Assembly: GCA_023213395.1 (NCBI GenBank)
Contig: CM041465.1
Coordinates: forward strand, 157,301,741 to 157,365,740
Length of the DNA: 64,000 nucleotides
DNA from: Cycas panzhihuaensis
Taxonomy: Eukaryota; Plantae; Cycadophyta
Direction of reading: 5' to 3'
Notes under the pieces: generated by a model
The model's database searches: none
What the model was told of the DNA's origin: nothing
What the model saw: the letters and a program-made list of their open reading frames with translations, nothing else
Position numbers and translations under genes: made by a program
In this document: piece by piece, positions 1-12,400 of the stretch
Layout of the letters: each line of letters starts with the position of its first letter
Numbering within the stretch: position 1 is the stretch's first letter

Positions 1-474
1 GGCAGCTAGGGTTTGTTCGCATCGTGGGCGAAGACGGGGGGACATCCTCCCAGACGGGAAGGCTAGATGGCGTGATGCCTCTAGCAGATCAGTGTCTACA
101 CGCTGACGGAGACGCGAGGGAGAGCAAACAGCTCGCTGCCCAGAAGACTGCGAGAAGGCCAATCCGGCCAAGTTTTATTCTGTATGCTCGTCCAGAGCCC
201 GTGGAAGGTGTGTGGGCAGGGAGATGTTGGAGCACAGACAGAAGGGGTCAGAGTTCTTACAAGGTAATGGCACTGAGAAGGTTAGGAGTACACGTCCGAG
301 GGTTTCAAGGACACAAGAGAATCAGATCAAGAATGACATACATGTCCGGGACTGGTGTTCTAGAAGCTTAGCCAAAGGGACTCGATTTTGCATAGACAAG
401 TTAATGGTGAGTTTAAGCTGCTTCAGCAAGTATTTTAAGTTCTTTTCTGTGTTGTTCCCATGTTGCAGACATCC

Positions 475-1904
475 ATGAACCAGTCTCAGTCTTCCCCTTT
501 GGGGAGGACTTACCTTGATGTATTAAGAACCGGAAACCAAGAGGAACAAGAAATAATCCCAGTCAAAATTGGAAACAGATATAAAATTTCTATACCGAAA
601 GAGGTTACCGAGAAGACCATTCAGTATTGGGAGAATAGCCTGGTTGGAAGGTTCTCCGGTCCTAGGCTAGGTTTGGATATCATTAGGGAGTGGATTAGAA
701 ATAAATGGAAGACTAGAAATCCTGTCCAAGTCATGGAAATGCCTAAGGGATGCGTCCTTTTTAGGTTTTTAAATCAGGAGGACATGATCTCCATTTTATT
801 GAAGTCTCCATGGATGTTTGGTAGGAAGGCCATGACACTGGAGAAATGGCATCCAGATTTTAACCCAGGCATTCCTGTGGTTAAACAAGCTCCGGTTTAG
901 GTTCAATTTCCCGGACTCCCCCTACACTTCTGGAATCCGAAGACGATCAAAGGGGCGGCTAGAATGATAGGGCCACTTTTAGCTTTGGATTCAGCTACAA
1001 AAAATAGATCTAGATTGATGAATGCCAGATTCTGTGTTCTGGCTAAGCTTGACAGTGAGCTCCCGACTGAGGTAGAGATCGAATCAGATGGTAGATCTAT
1101 TATCCAAGACTTATTTTATGAGGTGGAAGGCTTCAGGTGTACAAAATGCAAGAATAAGGGGCATCTCCCCTTTCAATGTCCAGGGATCCCTCCGAGTGAG
1201 GATTTCCAGGAGGTAGGGAAGGAGGAAGAAGAAATTAGGAGGGAGACTCTATCAGGAGAAGATAGACCAGATAAGGTTGACATTAGAGAAGAGAATGTCC
1301 ATAGTGAGTCTTTGGGCGGCGGGAAGGACTTTGCGGAGGCCTGCCCCACAGATAAAGGAATCTTATCGGTTAATAAGGAGATTCAGGAAGACGGGGGTAG
1401 GTCTAAAGGTGAAGTGACTGAAGGTAACTCATGCCTGGAGTTGGGGAAGGTGCTTGTGGATGTCAATGACCATTCAATGGACCTAGATCGGATGCAGGGG
1501 GAAGGGGACCCTCAGGCTACAACTGATGAGATGGCAATAGCCAAGCTTGCCAAGAACATAAACTAGGATTTGGAGGACTATTTATCTGAGCCTGAGGAAG
1601 GGGGCCCCAGAGATCAGGGGCAAGAGGAGAGACAGGTTAGTGCATCAGAAGGAGGAGGCGAGGTTGGCCCGGAGGAGCGGTCTGAGATAGAGGAGGAAGC
1701 GGGACATAGAAATGGGTTTCAAAAAGTAATACATCAGAACTAAGGAAGGCCCCAGACTATGGGATAGAGAAGAAGGTGGGCAAACCCCCTAGAAAGGCCA
1801 CCAGAGAGAAAGAAACTCAAGCCCAGATAGACCTGGGTTATCAGAGTACGCTAAAAGAGGGGGGTGCACTAGATGGCCCCAACCTCAGAAGTAGGAAAGG
1901 ATGA
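475..1904 (+). pseudogene. L1 ORF1 (DUF4283-like domain plus CX2CX4HX4C knuckle), disrupted
   Basis: Motifs WENSLVGRF, PWMFGRKAMTLEKW, LPLHFW and CTKCKNKGHLPFQC; premature stops at 898 and 1564; frameshift near 1750. Confidence 0.9.
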
Positions 1905-1926
1905 GGGGCGAGGCTACCGGTCACCC

Positions 1927-4900
1927 ATGAAGGTACTATCTTGGAATATTATGGGGCTAAATGCCCCATCCAAGCAGAGATTGGTCAAAGAATTAAGGAT
2001 TAGGATAGAGGTCAATATTGTACTCCTGCAGGAGACCAAATTGGAATAGACAAAGGAAGTAGAGGTGCTTAACAAGATTTGGAGGAAGGGAGAGAGGAAG
2101 ATGTGTGTTGGTTCAGCGGGCTCCAGGGGGTTGGTCTCTCTCTAGAATCCTAAAAATTTGAAAGGTTATGAGGTGTGTAAGAGCGAGCACTTCATAACCA
2201 TTGGATTGGTCAGTGCTGTGACTAACAAGGAGTATTGGATCACTAACATTTATGCCCCTACTTCGGTGGAGGGCAGGAGGAGATTATGGGACAGTCTGGT
2301 GGAAGCCCACAAAGCATAGGAAGGCCCCTGGTTGGTGGCGGGGGACTTCAATTCCCCCCTATGTCCAGAAGAGAAGAAATGTGGGCAAGGGGGGTGGACC
2401 AGAAGTATGTCTGATCTTGGTATGTTCCTGCAAGCAGGTGGCCTGATGGATGTCCCCCTCAGGGGTGCTAGGTACTCCTGGTCCAATAGGCGGCTAGGCC
2501 ATAATCACATACAATGTAGATTGGATAGGATGTTAACTAATTATGAGTGGGCCTGCCACTTTGAGGAAGTAACATTGGAGGCCCTTCCGAAATCTGGGTC
2601 AGATCACTCACCTCTTATTTTAGAGGGGTCGGTCCCGGCACTTCACAAAGGGGTGCCTTTTCGTTTTGAACTCATGTGGCTCAAACATCCAGATCTGAGA
2701 GAAAAGATTCGGGAATGGTGGGGAGTCCAGGTTCAGGGCTGCGCCATGTTCAGGTTCTCGAAGAAATTGAACTGGGTCAAGAAACAAATCAAAGCCTAGA
2801 ATAGAGAGGTCTTTGGTAATATTTTTGAACATAAGGGTGCCCTGCTGGGGGAACTAAAGGGGATAAAGGACAGGATCTAGAGTGAAGGAAGAACCCAGGA
2901 ATTGAACTATAAGGAACTTTCTACTTCCAGGAAATTTGAGGAGGTCTTGGAAAGGGAGGAAATGTTCTGGAAGCAGAAATCTAGAGAGCAGTGGATAAGG
3001 GAGGGGGATAGGAATACGAAGTTTTTCCATCTGTCCACTTTGAGGCACAGGGTACATAATAGGATCACTAAAATTCGCAGCAGGGACGGGGTTATGTATG
3101 AGGCGGAAGATCAGATTGGTGGTGTTGCGATGGAATATTTCAAGGAGCTATACACAGAGCCGTGATGTCGTGACCACCGCCTTAGGGCTCTCCTGCAATA
3201 TATCCTGAAAGTGATTAATGAGGCCCGGAACAACAAACTGGTAGAACCTTTCTCTCTGGAGGAGTTTGAGAGGGCCTTATTTAAGATGGGCAGGGATAAG
3301 GCCCCTTAGCCGGATGGCTTTCCTCCAGGATTCTTCCAGGAGTATTGGGAGATAATCAAGGATGACCTTATGTTGGCACTCAATGAATTTTTCCTTAGGC
3401 GAACAATTCTGAAGGAATGGTAGGCAACGTTCCTGGCGTTGATCCCAAAGAAGGAGGGAGTAGATGTTATAGAAGACTTTAGGCCGATTAGTCTGTGCAA
3501 TGTTAAATATAAGATATTGGCCAAAGTGCTAGCGAACCGCCTGAGGGAGAATCTTCTGGAAATTATTTCTCCTAATCAGGATGGGTTTGTGAAAGGAAGA
3601 CAAATCTCAGACGGCATTATAATTGTTCATGAGGCCCTGCATTCGACACTGCATTGCAAGGAAGCGAGTATGATTATTAAAATAGATATGTCCAAAGCCT
3701 ATGATCGGGTGGCCTGGGACTGTCTAGGGGATTGCCTTGAGGTTTTTGGTTTTGGGGAGGTGTGGAGGGAGTGGATGAGATGCTGTATTTCTAGAGTTTC
3801 CTCTTCAGTATTAATAAATGGGAGGTTGACTCCTTTTTTTAAAGGGTCAAGGGGATTGAGGCAAGGTGATCCCCTCTCTCCTTTCCTGTTCATTATTATG
3901 GCAGAAATGTTAGGTAGGGCGACTTTGGAGGCCCAGCGGATAGGGAGGATAACAGGTTTAAGAGTTTCCTCCAATTTAGATAATATTCTGCATCATCAGT
4001 TTGTAGACGATAACATTTTTCTCTACAGGGCGTCCTTGGGGGAGGTCAGGGCCTTAAAGGTGGGATTACAGGCTTATGAAAGGGCCACAAACCAAAAAAT
4101 TAATCTGGATAAAAGCTCGGCCTTTTTTATCAATACGCCGGAGAGGTTGCAAAGAAAGATTAGCAGGATTTTAAAGATGGCTAGGGCTCCCTCCTTAGTT
4201 CATACCTGGGTATGTCTCTTTTTGTGGGTAAGATGAAGAAGGATTTGTGGGATCCAAAGAGGAGCGATTCAACAGAAGTCGGGCAGGATGGAAAGGTGCT
4301 CTTCTCAGTTGGGCTAGGAAAATCCAGCTAGTGGTGGCTTCCTTGCAGAGTATCCCAGTCTATCAAATGACTATCTTCAAAATACTGAATAAGGTTATTT
4401 CGATTTTGGAGGGAATCATGAAGAGATTTCTTTAGTCAAGAGCTGAAGACAAAAAGAGACTCCACCTAGTTTCATGGGAGAAGGTATGTAAGCCTAAGTG
4501 GGCGGGAGGTCTCAATGTTAAAAGTTTGGGTATGTTCAATGAAGCTCTCTTGGCAAAGACAGGGTGGAGACTCATTAAAGAAGTTGGTTCAGTTTGGGGG
4601 AAAATCATCGCAAGGAAATACCTCGGGGATAATCACTTCTTATTGGACGAGGGACTCTGTGAGAAGGGGTCCCCGGTATGGAGGGCTATCAGGTCTTCGA
4701 GATCTCTTCTACGTGAAGGTATGTGATGGAAGCTGGGGGACGGTGAAAACATAAGGTTCTGGGAAGATAGATGGTGTGGACACTTTAAACTAGAAGAGAT
4801 ACCTATTATTGGTATCATGAAGAGTGTTTGTATAAGTCGTTACGGGCCCTTTGTCAAAAATTACTGGGAAGGGCAAGGAAAGGACAGCAGATGGAGGTCG

Positions 4901-6145
4901 TTTCAAGAATTGCAAGGCCTTGAGAAGGAGATCCTCAGGGTGAAAGAGTTTTTAGACAACCAGTATATCCCGAAGAGGTCGGTGCCTGATACTATGGTAT
5001 GGCCTACTTCATCTATGGGTTCATATACGGTCAAAGCTGGGTATAATCTGAGGACGAGCAGGGTAGGGTGGGAGAGGAATGACATTCTAGCTGGGGTCTG
5101 GGAGTTGGGGCTTCTTCCAAAAATAGCCGCTTTTTTGTGGTTATGCCTCCAAAATAAATTACTCACATTGGATAATCTATCGAAGAGGGGCTTTCATTTG
5201 GCGAATAGATGCATGATGTGCAAGTTGGAGGCGGAAACCCCGGACCATCTCTGTATTCACTGCCCCTATTCGGAGGGTATCTGGAGTGTTATTTGGACCG
5301 GGTTGGGGATTGCTTGGGTCTCATCAGAATCCCTAAAGGAGCAGTGGTCAGCATGGATCTCCCCTTTCAAAAGCAAAACCCTTTCTAGACTTTGGAAGAT
5401 GATCCTTCCGGTGGGATCCTGGTTCATTTGGAAAGAATGAAACAAGAGGATCTTCGAAGGTAAAGAGAAGGATAGCCCGTTGTTGCTTGTAGAGATTAGG
5501 AAGGCTATCGTAGAAATGATGGTTAAACCAAAAGAGGATAGGATTCCCAAGGGGGAAGAAGATATTATTAAAGATTGGGGTATAGTTCCCCTGAAAGGAA
5601 TTAAAGAGAGGAGAAGAGATGTTAAGTGGCGCCCACCAGATGCATCATGGGTAAAAATTAACTTCAATGGAGCTGCCAAAGGTAACCCCGGAGAGGCGGG
5701 AGGGGGTGGCCTCTGCAGGGATCCAGGTGGTAACTTGAGATGGGCTTTTGTAGAGTATTTGGATGTTCAATCAAACCAGAAAGCAGAGGTTTGGGCTATG
5801 ATGAAGGCGACAACTCTGGTGGACGAGGAGAACATGCAGAAGGTGATAATAGAGGGTGATTCTATGTATGCAATAAAATGCTTGAGAGGGGAAGCGGACC
5901 CTGGCTGGGAAAACAGAGATATTTTCAGGGATGTCCAGGATGTTCTGAGTTCTAGAGCTGAGGTTCAGATTCAGCATACTTATAGGGAAGGAAACTCGGC
6001 AGCAGATTGGTTGGCAAATTGGCCTGTGTCAAATAAAAGAACAAATGTCTGGAAAGGGGAGTACCCAGAGGAGTTACTCAGACTGGTCAGGGTGGATGCA
6101 CATATGGGTGAGCTAGTCACAGGAGAAGATCTAAATTTGGGCTAG
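1927..6145 (+). pseudogene. L1 ORF2 polyprotein (EN-RT-zf-RNase H), disrupted
   Basis: Motifs MKVLSWNI, LLQETK, GDFN, RLDR, SDHSP, FRPISLCN, GLRQGDPLSP, QFVDD, RCMMC..ETPDHLCIHC, KINFNGAAKGNPG, IEGDS, HTYREGNSAADWLA. Several in-frame stops and one frameshift near 4200. Confidence 0.95.
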
Positions 6146-6299
6146 ACCATGGGCTTGTCATGGTCATCTTTCCAAGCCGTTTGGCTTTGATGTACTGGGT
6201 TTGGGGACCTAGTTAAAACCCCCTGTAATATTATTTTACCTTATCAAAAAAAAAAAAGTGCTCCTTATTAATACCTAGGGCTCCTTATTAACAGTATGG

Positions 6300-7310
6300 G
6301 GCTACTTATTAGAAGTTAGGTCCTTGAGGTTATCCCCCTTAATTTTGTAACATTTAGAGATCAACTTATCTTCTCCTATATTCACTAGTAAGGTGACCAG
6401 ATTTTCCACAATATAAGCAGGTGATATTAGGTCTACTCTGTTGATTCTTTTTTTATTAAGGTTGTGGTCGCTGTTAGAGTTGTTAAGGCTATTAACCTTT
6501 ATAGGAGGAGGTGCCAACTTGATGTGGTTACTTCTAAGTTAGCAGTTAACTTGTCTCTTGTGAGATATCTAAGGAGTCTAATTATTGAGCGAGACTTTGT
6601 AGTTGAGTAAGTTATTAAGTTGGTTATTATGTAGTATTGCCCCTCTCTTAGTTCTTGAATACAAATACAAGGGTCGAGTCAGAGGTAGATGTTACCCTTT
6701 ATCAGTTGAGAATGTTTTCTTTTCTTAGCAGGAGTCCCTCAAAGGTGATAAAGTCCATTTTAGTATAGTTATCTTAGAGTTTGGGAATAAAACTATTGTA
6801 TTCTATTGGAAGGATATTAAGTATATTAAATATAAGGTTATGGTCTGATGGAAGTTCTCTAAGGATTATTAGTAGATTTCTAATTATCTTAACTTCAGCT
6901 AGATGAGTAGTAATATTTCCAACAAACGGGATAGAAAATAGGTATGCTTTAAGAATCAAGGATCTTAACTCATATTTCCTCTCGTAGAGAGGACACAAAA
7001 TGGTCCACACTTCGTAAGAGATTTATGTTGTTTCTATATTCTAATCCACTTAGTCTTCTACAACTAAGTGGATTAAGGACAAGGCTATATTGCCCTTAGC
7101 TTTAAAGTTAGCTAAGGTAATTAGATCGAGTGAAATTATGATGTTAGAATCATAAGGATCTTAGGTTAGTCTAGGTAAGGAGATATCACCATTGACATAA
7201 CCCCAGTAGTCATTCATAATGATGAGGTTTTTCACTTGTTTCTTTCAAGTTATAATGTTATTTAGGCTATTGAGTATGATTGTGTTTGATAGAAGCATTT
7301 CTGATGCCAT
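6300..7310 (-). pseudogene. Copia gag remnant (UBN2-type)
   Basis: Translation MASEMLL..KNLIIMNDYWGYVNGD..ALSLIHL..EVWTILCPLYERK..ILNILPIEYNSFI with many stops; decayed knuckle KCYKIKGDN near 6340. Confidence 0.7.
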
Positions 7311-9238
7311 TTCTAAGTGTCATATAGGTTTGAGTTTTAGGTACTTATGTCCTATCTACCTAAAGGGCTACTATTCTATAATTCTAAGTTTATGGGTCTC
7401 CAAGAAAGCTCTTAGTTATTATCCTATCTAGTGATTCTTGCCCACGAGTGGCAAAAAGAGATCATATATATTAATACATGAGCTCAAGGCTCTATATACC
7501 TTAGTACATAGGCTACTAAGAAGGTCAAAATCTCCCTTGATTTGTGGATCCACCTGTGCCAGACTTATGCCTAGCAATAGATCTAATGGTGAGAACTTAG
7601 CAACCAAGGCACTCACCCCCTCCAAATCTAACCTAGTCTATAAACACTAAAGGATAGTTTGCCACCTTAATCTATCACTTTATATACCTTATAACCAATG
7701 ATTTCTTCAACAAATTAGAGAAATATCAGAGGTGTGCATAGAGTGGTAACTTTGGGCATCCTAACCATTCTCTTTGTAAGGCTAGTATAGTTTTCTTATT
7801 GATTTAGGATCATCTTAATTAATGTTGCAAATTAAAGATGACTTTTAAGGTGATCTTATTTATAAACAAGGTTCATTTTATTAAGAAAAACTAAAAAATG
7901 AAAAGAAATGCAAGAAAAAAAAAAAAGGTTTAGTGAGCTATTTAAAGGACTTCATTCAAGAAGATCCACCTCAACCTCTAAGAAGAACACCTATAATAAC
8001 CAAACCACAAGCACTTATTAACCCAAAAAATAGATTAAAACAGCTTAGTAACAGTTAGTACTAGTATATAACACCAAAAAATCTTATGAAAAATTAAATT
8101 TAGGCCTTCAAATGATGAGAAAAGCCTCAAGAATACTTCAATGAATATCCCAACTTTAGCACCTTGGAACTCTTATAGCCCTCTAAATTATCTTTCCAAA
8201 AATTTAGATAGCACCTAATTCTAACTCTCCATTAAAATATTATAAAGAAAATAGTGATAGGTACCCTTTATACTAAAAATTTGATGAGGTTAAGGCTTAA
8301 GCTCCCTTGATACTTGGCCCTTGGTCATTGAACTGCAGTTTGTGATCACCCACTAAACTACTAGGGGGCTAGGCAGACTTGAAAAACTATCAAATACACC
8401 CTAAACGTTTTGGAAAGTCAAAAAGCATAAAGGATAACCTAATTGTTTTTAAGTTTTCCCCTTAATGATGAAAAGCACAATCATATAGATTAAAATATGA
8501 TAAAATTAGGGGGGCTTTTGGGTGGATTTAAGTTATAAATTTAAATCTAGCTTAATATTTTCTAAACTATATGATTCACAATATTAAAAATTTAAATTTT
8601 TAGGAGAGAGGAAGGTTGTGGTGCTTTCACAGCCTATGCGTGCCTCTCTAAGGTGAATGAAAGCTAACCAGGCTTCAAAACTCTTCATAGAAGCTCTAAA
8701 ACTAAATATGATTCAATCTTAACACAGTCACACCTACTCTCAAACTTAAGTGGAGCCTTAATAGAGAAAAATGAGCTTAAATGAGGTCACACAAACTCAT
8801 GGAGGTCATACACTACCTAAGACTACAAATGGCCACATAATCATTGAAACCTCTATGCAACTGCTTAAAATAGAGTTTGAGTAGCCTCAAAGGACTACTG
8901 AAATCATCAAATCCACATGTAGAAGTGATATGGAACTAATGTGAGCAAATTAAGGTTGCAACTAGGGCCAAAATATAGCCATTTTAGCTAAAACTAGAGT
9001 CGTGCATTTTTTGGACTACTATGGGTCAGAAAACCTGCACTATGACATTGAAATGAACTGAAAACATCTTGAAGTAGCCTCAAATTAGCTGGTGACTATA
9101 AAATATTAATGAAAACTAAAAAATTAATGGGAATAGGGTGTCGTTATGGGCAAATAGACCTCCATTTCTCAGACAAACAGTAAATCGAGTATGTAATGGC
9201 TCTAATGCCATGAGAAAACAACTACAGGATCTAAAAAC

Positions 9239-9430
9239 TGTTAATTTGAATTTAGGAGATAGAAAGGCTGATGAGAAAATTCAACTAATATTATTGAGAG
9301 AATTAGTTCCTTAAGTACATGATGTGGTTAGCAACTATTATTTCTTAGTATATAACCAACCTCATATATTTTGACACTTGTCATAATTATGTGTATTAAT
9401 TACATCATGATAAAACATTACCTCTTAACA
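9239..9430 (-). repeat. 3' LTR of copia A (192 bp)
   Basis: TGTTAA...TTAACA termini; 9396-9430 is identical to 14091-14125. Confidence 0.88.
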
Positions 9431-9439
9431 CCCTCTCTT

Positions 9440-12400
9440 AATGTTTTATCTCTTTTAAGCCTATCCTATCTCTCAAGTACTAAAATTTTTCTTTTCCCAA
9501 TGACTTAGTCAATAGATCTGCAATTTGTTCTATAGTGGAATAATATTCTAATCTGATTTCCTTGTTATGAACTCTCCCTTATAAAATGATGGTTGACTTC
9601 AATGTGCTTGGTTCTTATATGGAAAACTAGATTTTTAGTCAACTTGCTAGCACTTTGGTTATCACAGTATACTATTGTTGCATTGTTTTGAGGATGATTC
9701 AGGTCAAGCAAGAGTTGCCTAAGCCAGACTGATTCATAGGTCATATTTACTGTAGCTTTGTATTTTACTTCATTTGAGGAGAGTGTGATAGTCGATTACT
9801 TTTTACTGCACAAAGAGATTATTGTTGATCCTAGAAAGAAACAATAGCCACTGGTTGATTTTCTTTGACTTTTATCTCCTACCTAATCTGAATCACAATA
9901 CCCAATGAGTTCCATTGATTCTTTTTGTAAGTAGATTAATTGTAGTTCAATTGTTCCACGCAGATATCTCAATATTTTTTAGGCTACCTTCTAATGTCTT
10001 AATTAAGGTTCCTACATATACCTAGAAAGTATTCCGACGGAGTATGATTTGTCAAGTCTAGTAGCTGTAAGATAAATCAAATTACCGACCAATTGTCTAT
10101 ATAGAGTGACATCGACTATCTGTTCTTCTTCATCTGGTACCAAGTTGCAATTGATCTCCATGGGGGTAGCACATGGATTGTAGTATGTCATTCTGGATTT
10201 TTCCAATAGATCCCTTATGTATTTACTTTGTGAGATGGAAATATATTCTCATTGTTGATTCACTTCTAATCCTAGGTAATAGTTAAGAAGACTAAGATCA
10301 TTCGTTTCAAATTTCTTTTACAGCTATTTTTTTATTTCTATGATTAACTTATCATCATTTCCTGTCAATATCATGTCATCTACATACATAGCAATTATAA
10401 TAATTTGGTCACCTTTTTTCTTTATATATAGACTAGAATCTGAGTTACAACATTGAAAACCATTATTATATAAATATTAATCCAACTTAGTATACCAAGC
10501 ATGAGGAGCTTGCTTCAATCCGTATAATGCTTTTTTTAACTCGCACACCAAATGTTCTTATCATTTTCTTATATAACCTTCAGGTTGTGTCATGTATACA
10601 TCCTCTTCAAGATCACCATTTAAGAATATTATCTTCACATTAAGTTGGAAATTTTTTCAATTGTACAAAGTTGCAAGAGCTATTACTGTTCTGACTGTAT
10701 TCAACTTGGCTACAAGTGAGAAGGTTTCCTCAAAATCAATTCCTATTATTTGAATATATCCTTTGGCCATGAGCTAAGTTTTATATTTTACAATCTTTCC
10801 AGATATCCCTTCTTTCATCTTATAAACCCACCTGTGATTCACTACGGGTTTATCTAAAGGAACTTCCACCAGGTCCCAAGTCTAATTTTTGTCAATTGAA
10901 TTCATTTCATCATCCATTGCTACTTTTCACTATGATTAATCCTAAGCTTCTTGGAAGGATTATGGCTCAATCCTACTAAGTAGGGCTTTTGATCTTTATC
11001 CTTTTGTTTTATGATCCAGTATGCTTCCCCCTTCTTCAATGGTCTTAATGAACCATTTGGGCAGTTTCTTTTTATTTCTTGAATTACCCCTTACTTCCAA
11101 GTGAGATTCTGCTTCTTGTGTTGTGTGTCCTTCATCACTAAAATCTTTGCTAGAGGAGCTAGGCAAAATTTCTTCAATAGTGATGTCTGAAGCTTCTTCT
11201 ATGATGTTTTCTTTACTGGAATTCCTTATTTCTTCTTCCAGTAATTTGATTTATTATTGTGAATTTGAAATTTCTTCATCAAACACTACATCTCTACTAA
11301 CATATATTTTATTTATTTTTGGATTAATATATTTCTAAGCTTTTGAATTTTTATTATATCCTATCATAATGTATTATATACTTTTTGCATCAATTTTTAC
11401 ATTTTTTTTTTTTTATTATATGTACATAAGCTCAACTACCAAACATTTTGAGAGAATTGACATCAGGTTTCTTACCTGACTATGCTTCCTCTATAATGAT
11501 ATTTTCCACTGCTCTGGTCAGATTTCTATTTATAAGATAGCATGTTGTGTTTATGACTTTTGTCCAATATGATTTTAGAACTTGTTTTTCATATACCATG
11601 CTGTGATCCATTTCCATCAAGGTTCTCTATTTGACTATGGAGTGTAGGCTATGGTGACTTGCCTCTGAATTCTATTCATTTTGCAATATGTTAGGAACTC
11701 ACTAGAGATATATTCTCCTCCTCTATCTAACCTTATGCATTTTATTTTAGAATCTGATTCAGTTCAACTTCTACTTTGAACTCTTTAAAGATTTCAAAGA
11801 CCTTTGTTTTATTGTGAAGAAAGTATACCCAGACCTTTTAAGTGAAATCATTAATAAAAGTTATGAAATATCTATAACCATTTGTTGAAAGTGGTGTAAG
11901 CAGTCCACAAAGATCTGTATGAACTAGCTCCAATTTATTTAGTAATCTCCACTTGCTTTCTTTAAAAGGTAATATATGATTCTTTCCAAATTGACATCCT
12001 TTACATACAAAATTTTCTAAAGAAATATGAGGCAATCCATGCACCATCTCAGATTTTTCATTTTCTTTAATGTTTCAACTGGGAGATGTCCATACTTCAA
12101 ATGCCACATTTTATTATCAAGATTCACAGTAGTACAACCTTTCGAATTTGGACCAGGTATTATAAGATCTGACACCAATTTGTATAGATCATTACTCCTA
12201 ATGCCTTTGGCAATTCTTTCCCCATTATTTTCATATTCAGTATCAAACAAAGACTTCTTCATTAAACACAATTCTTATCCCCTTTTTGCTAAGTTGTGAG
12301 ATAGACAAGAGATTTGTTTTGAGGTCAGGGACCGACATAACATTTCTAATTTTTCTTATATTACCCTGTACATGAATAAAAATGGTACCTGCTCCTTTAA

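Larger units (their letters stand above)
1..6257 (+). mobile_element. L1-clade LINE with RNase H, copy 1 (5' end at or just beyond the window edge)
   Basis: ORF1 (DUF4283-like plus zinc knuckle), then ORF2 (APE endonuclease, RT, zf-RVT, RNase H), a short 3' UTR and CTTATC-A12 tail at 6240-6257. Confidence 0.96.

Noticed and set aside
3306-5977. Antisense ORFs over L1 ORF2 (similar ones in copies 2 and 3)
   Set aside because: Shadow frames of the conserved RT coding strand; no independent motifs.
6258-6312. Direct repeat GCTCCTTATTAA right after the L1 poly(A), considered as a TSD
   Set aside because: All copies lie on the same side of the L1, with a period of about 20-21 nt and a third degenerate copy; it is a repeat in the host copia gag.
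9199-9430. A single LTR apparently flanked by both PPT and PBS (shared-LTR tandem element)
   Set aside because: The AAAAC TSD shows copia A starts at 9239 and is inserted 28 bp from the end of a different LTR; the PBS belongs to element E.
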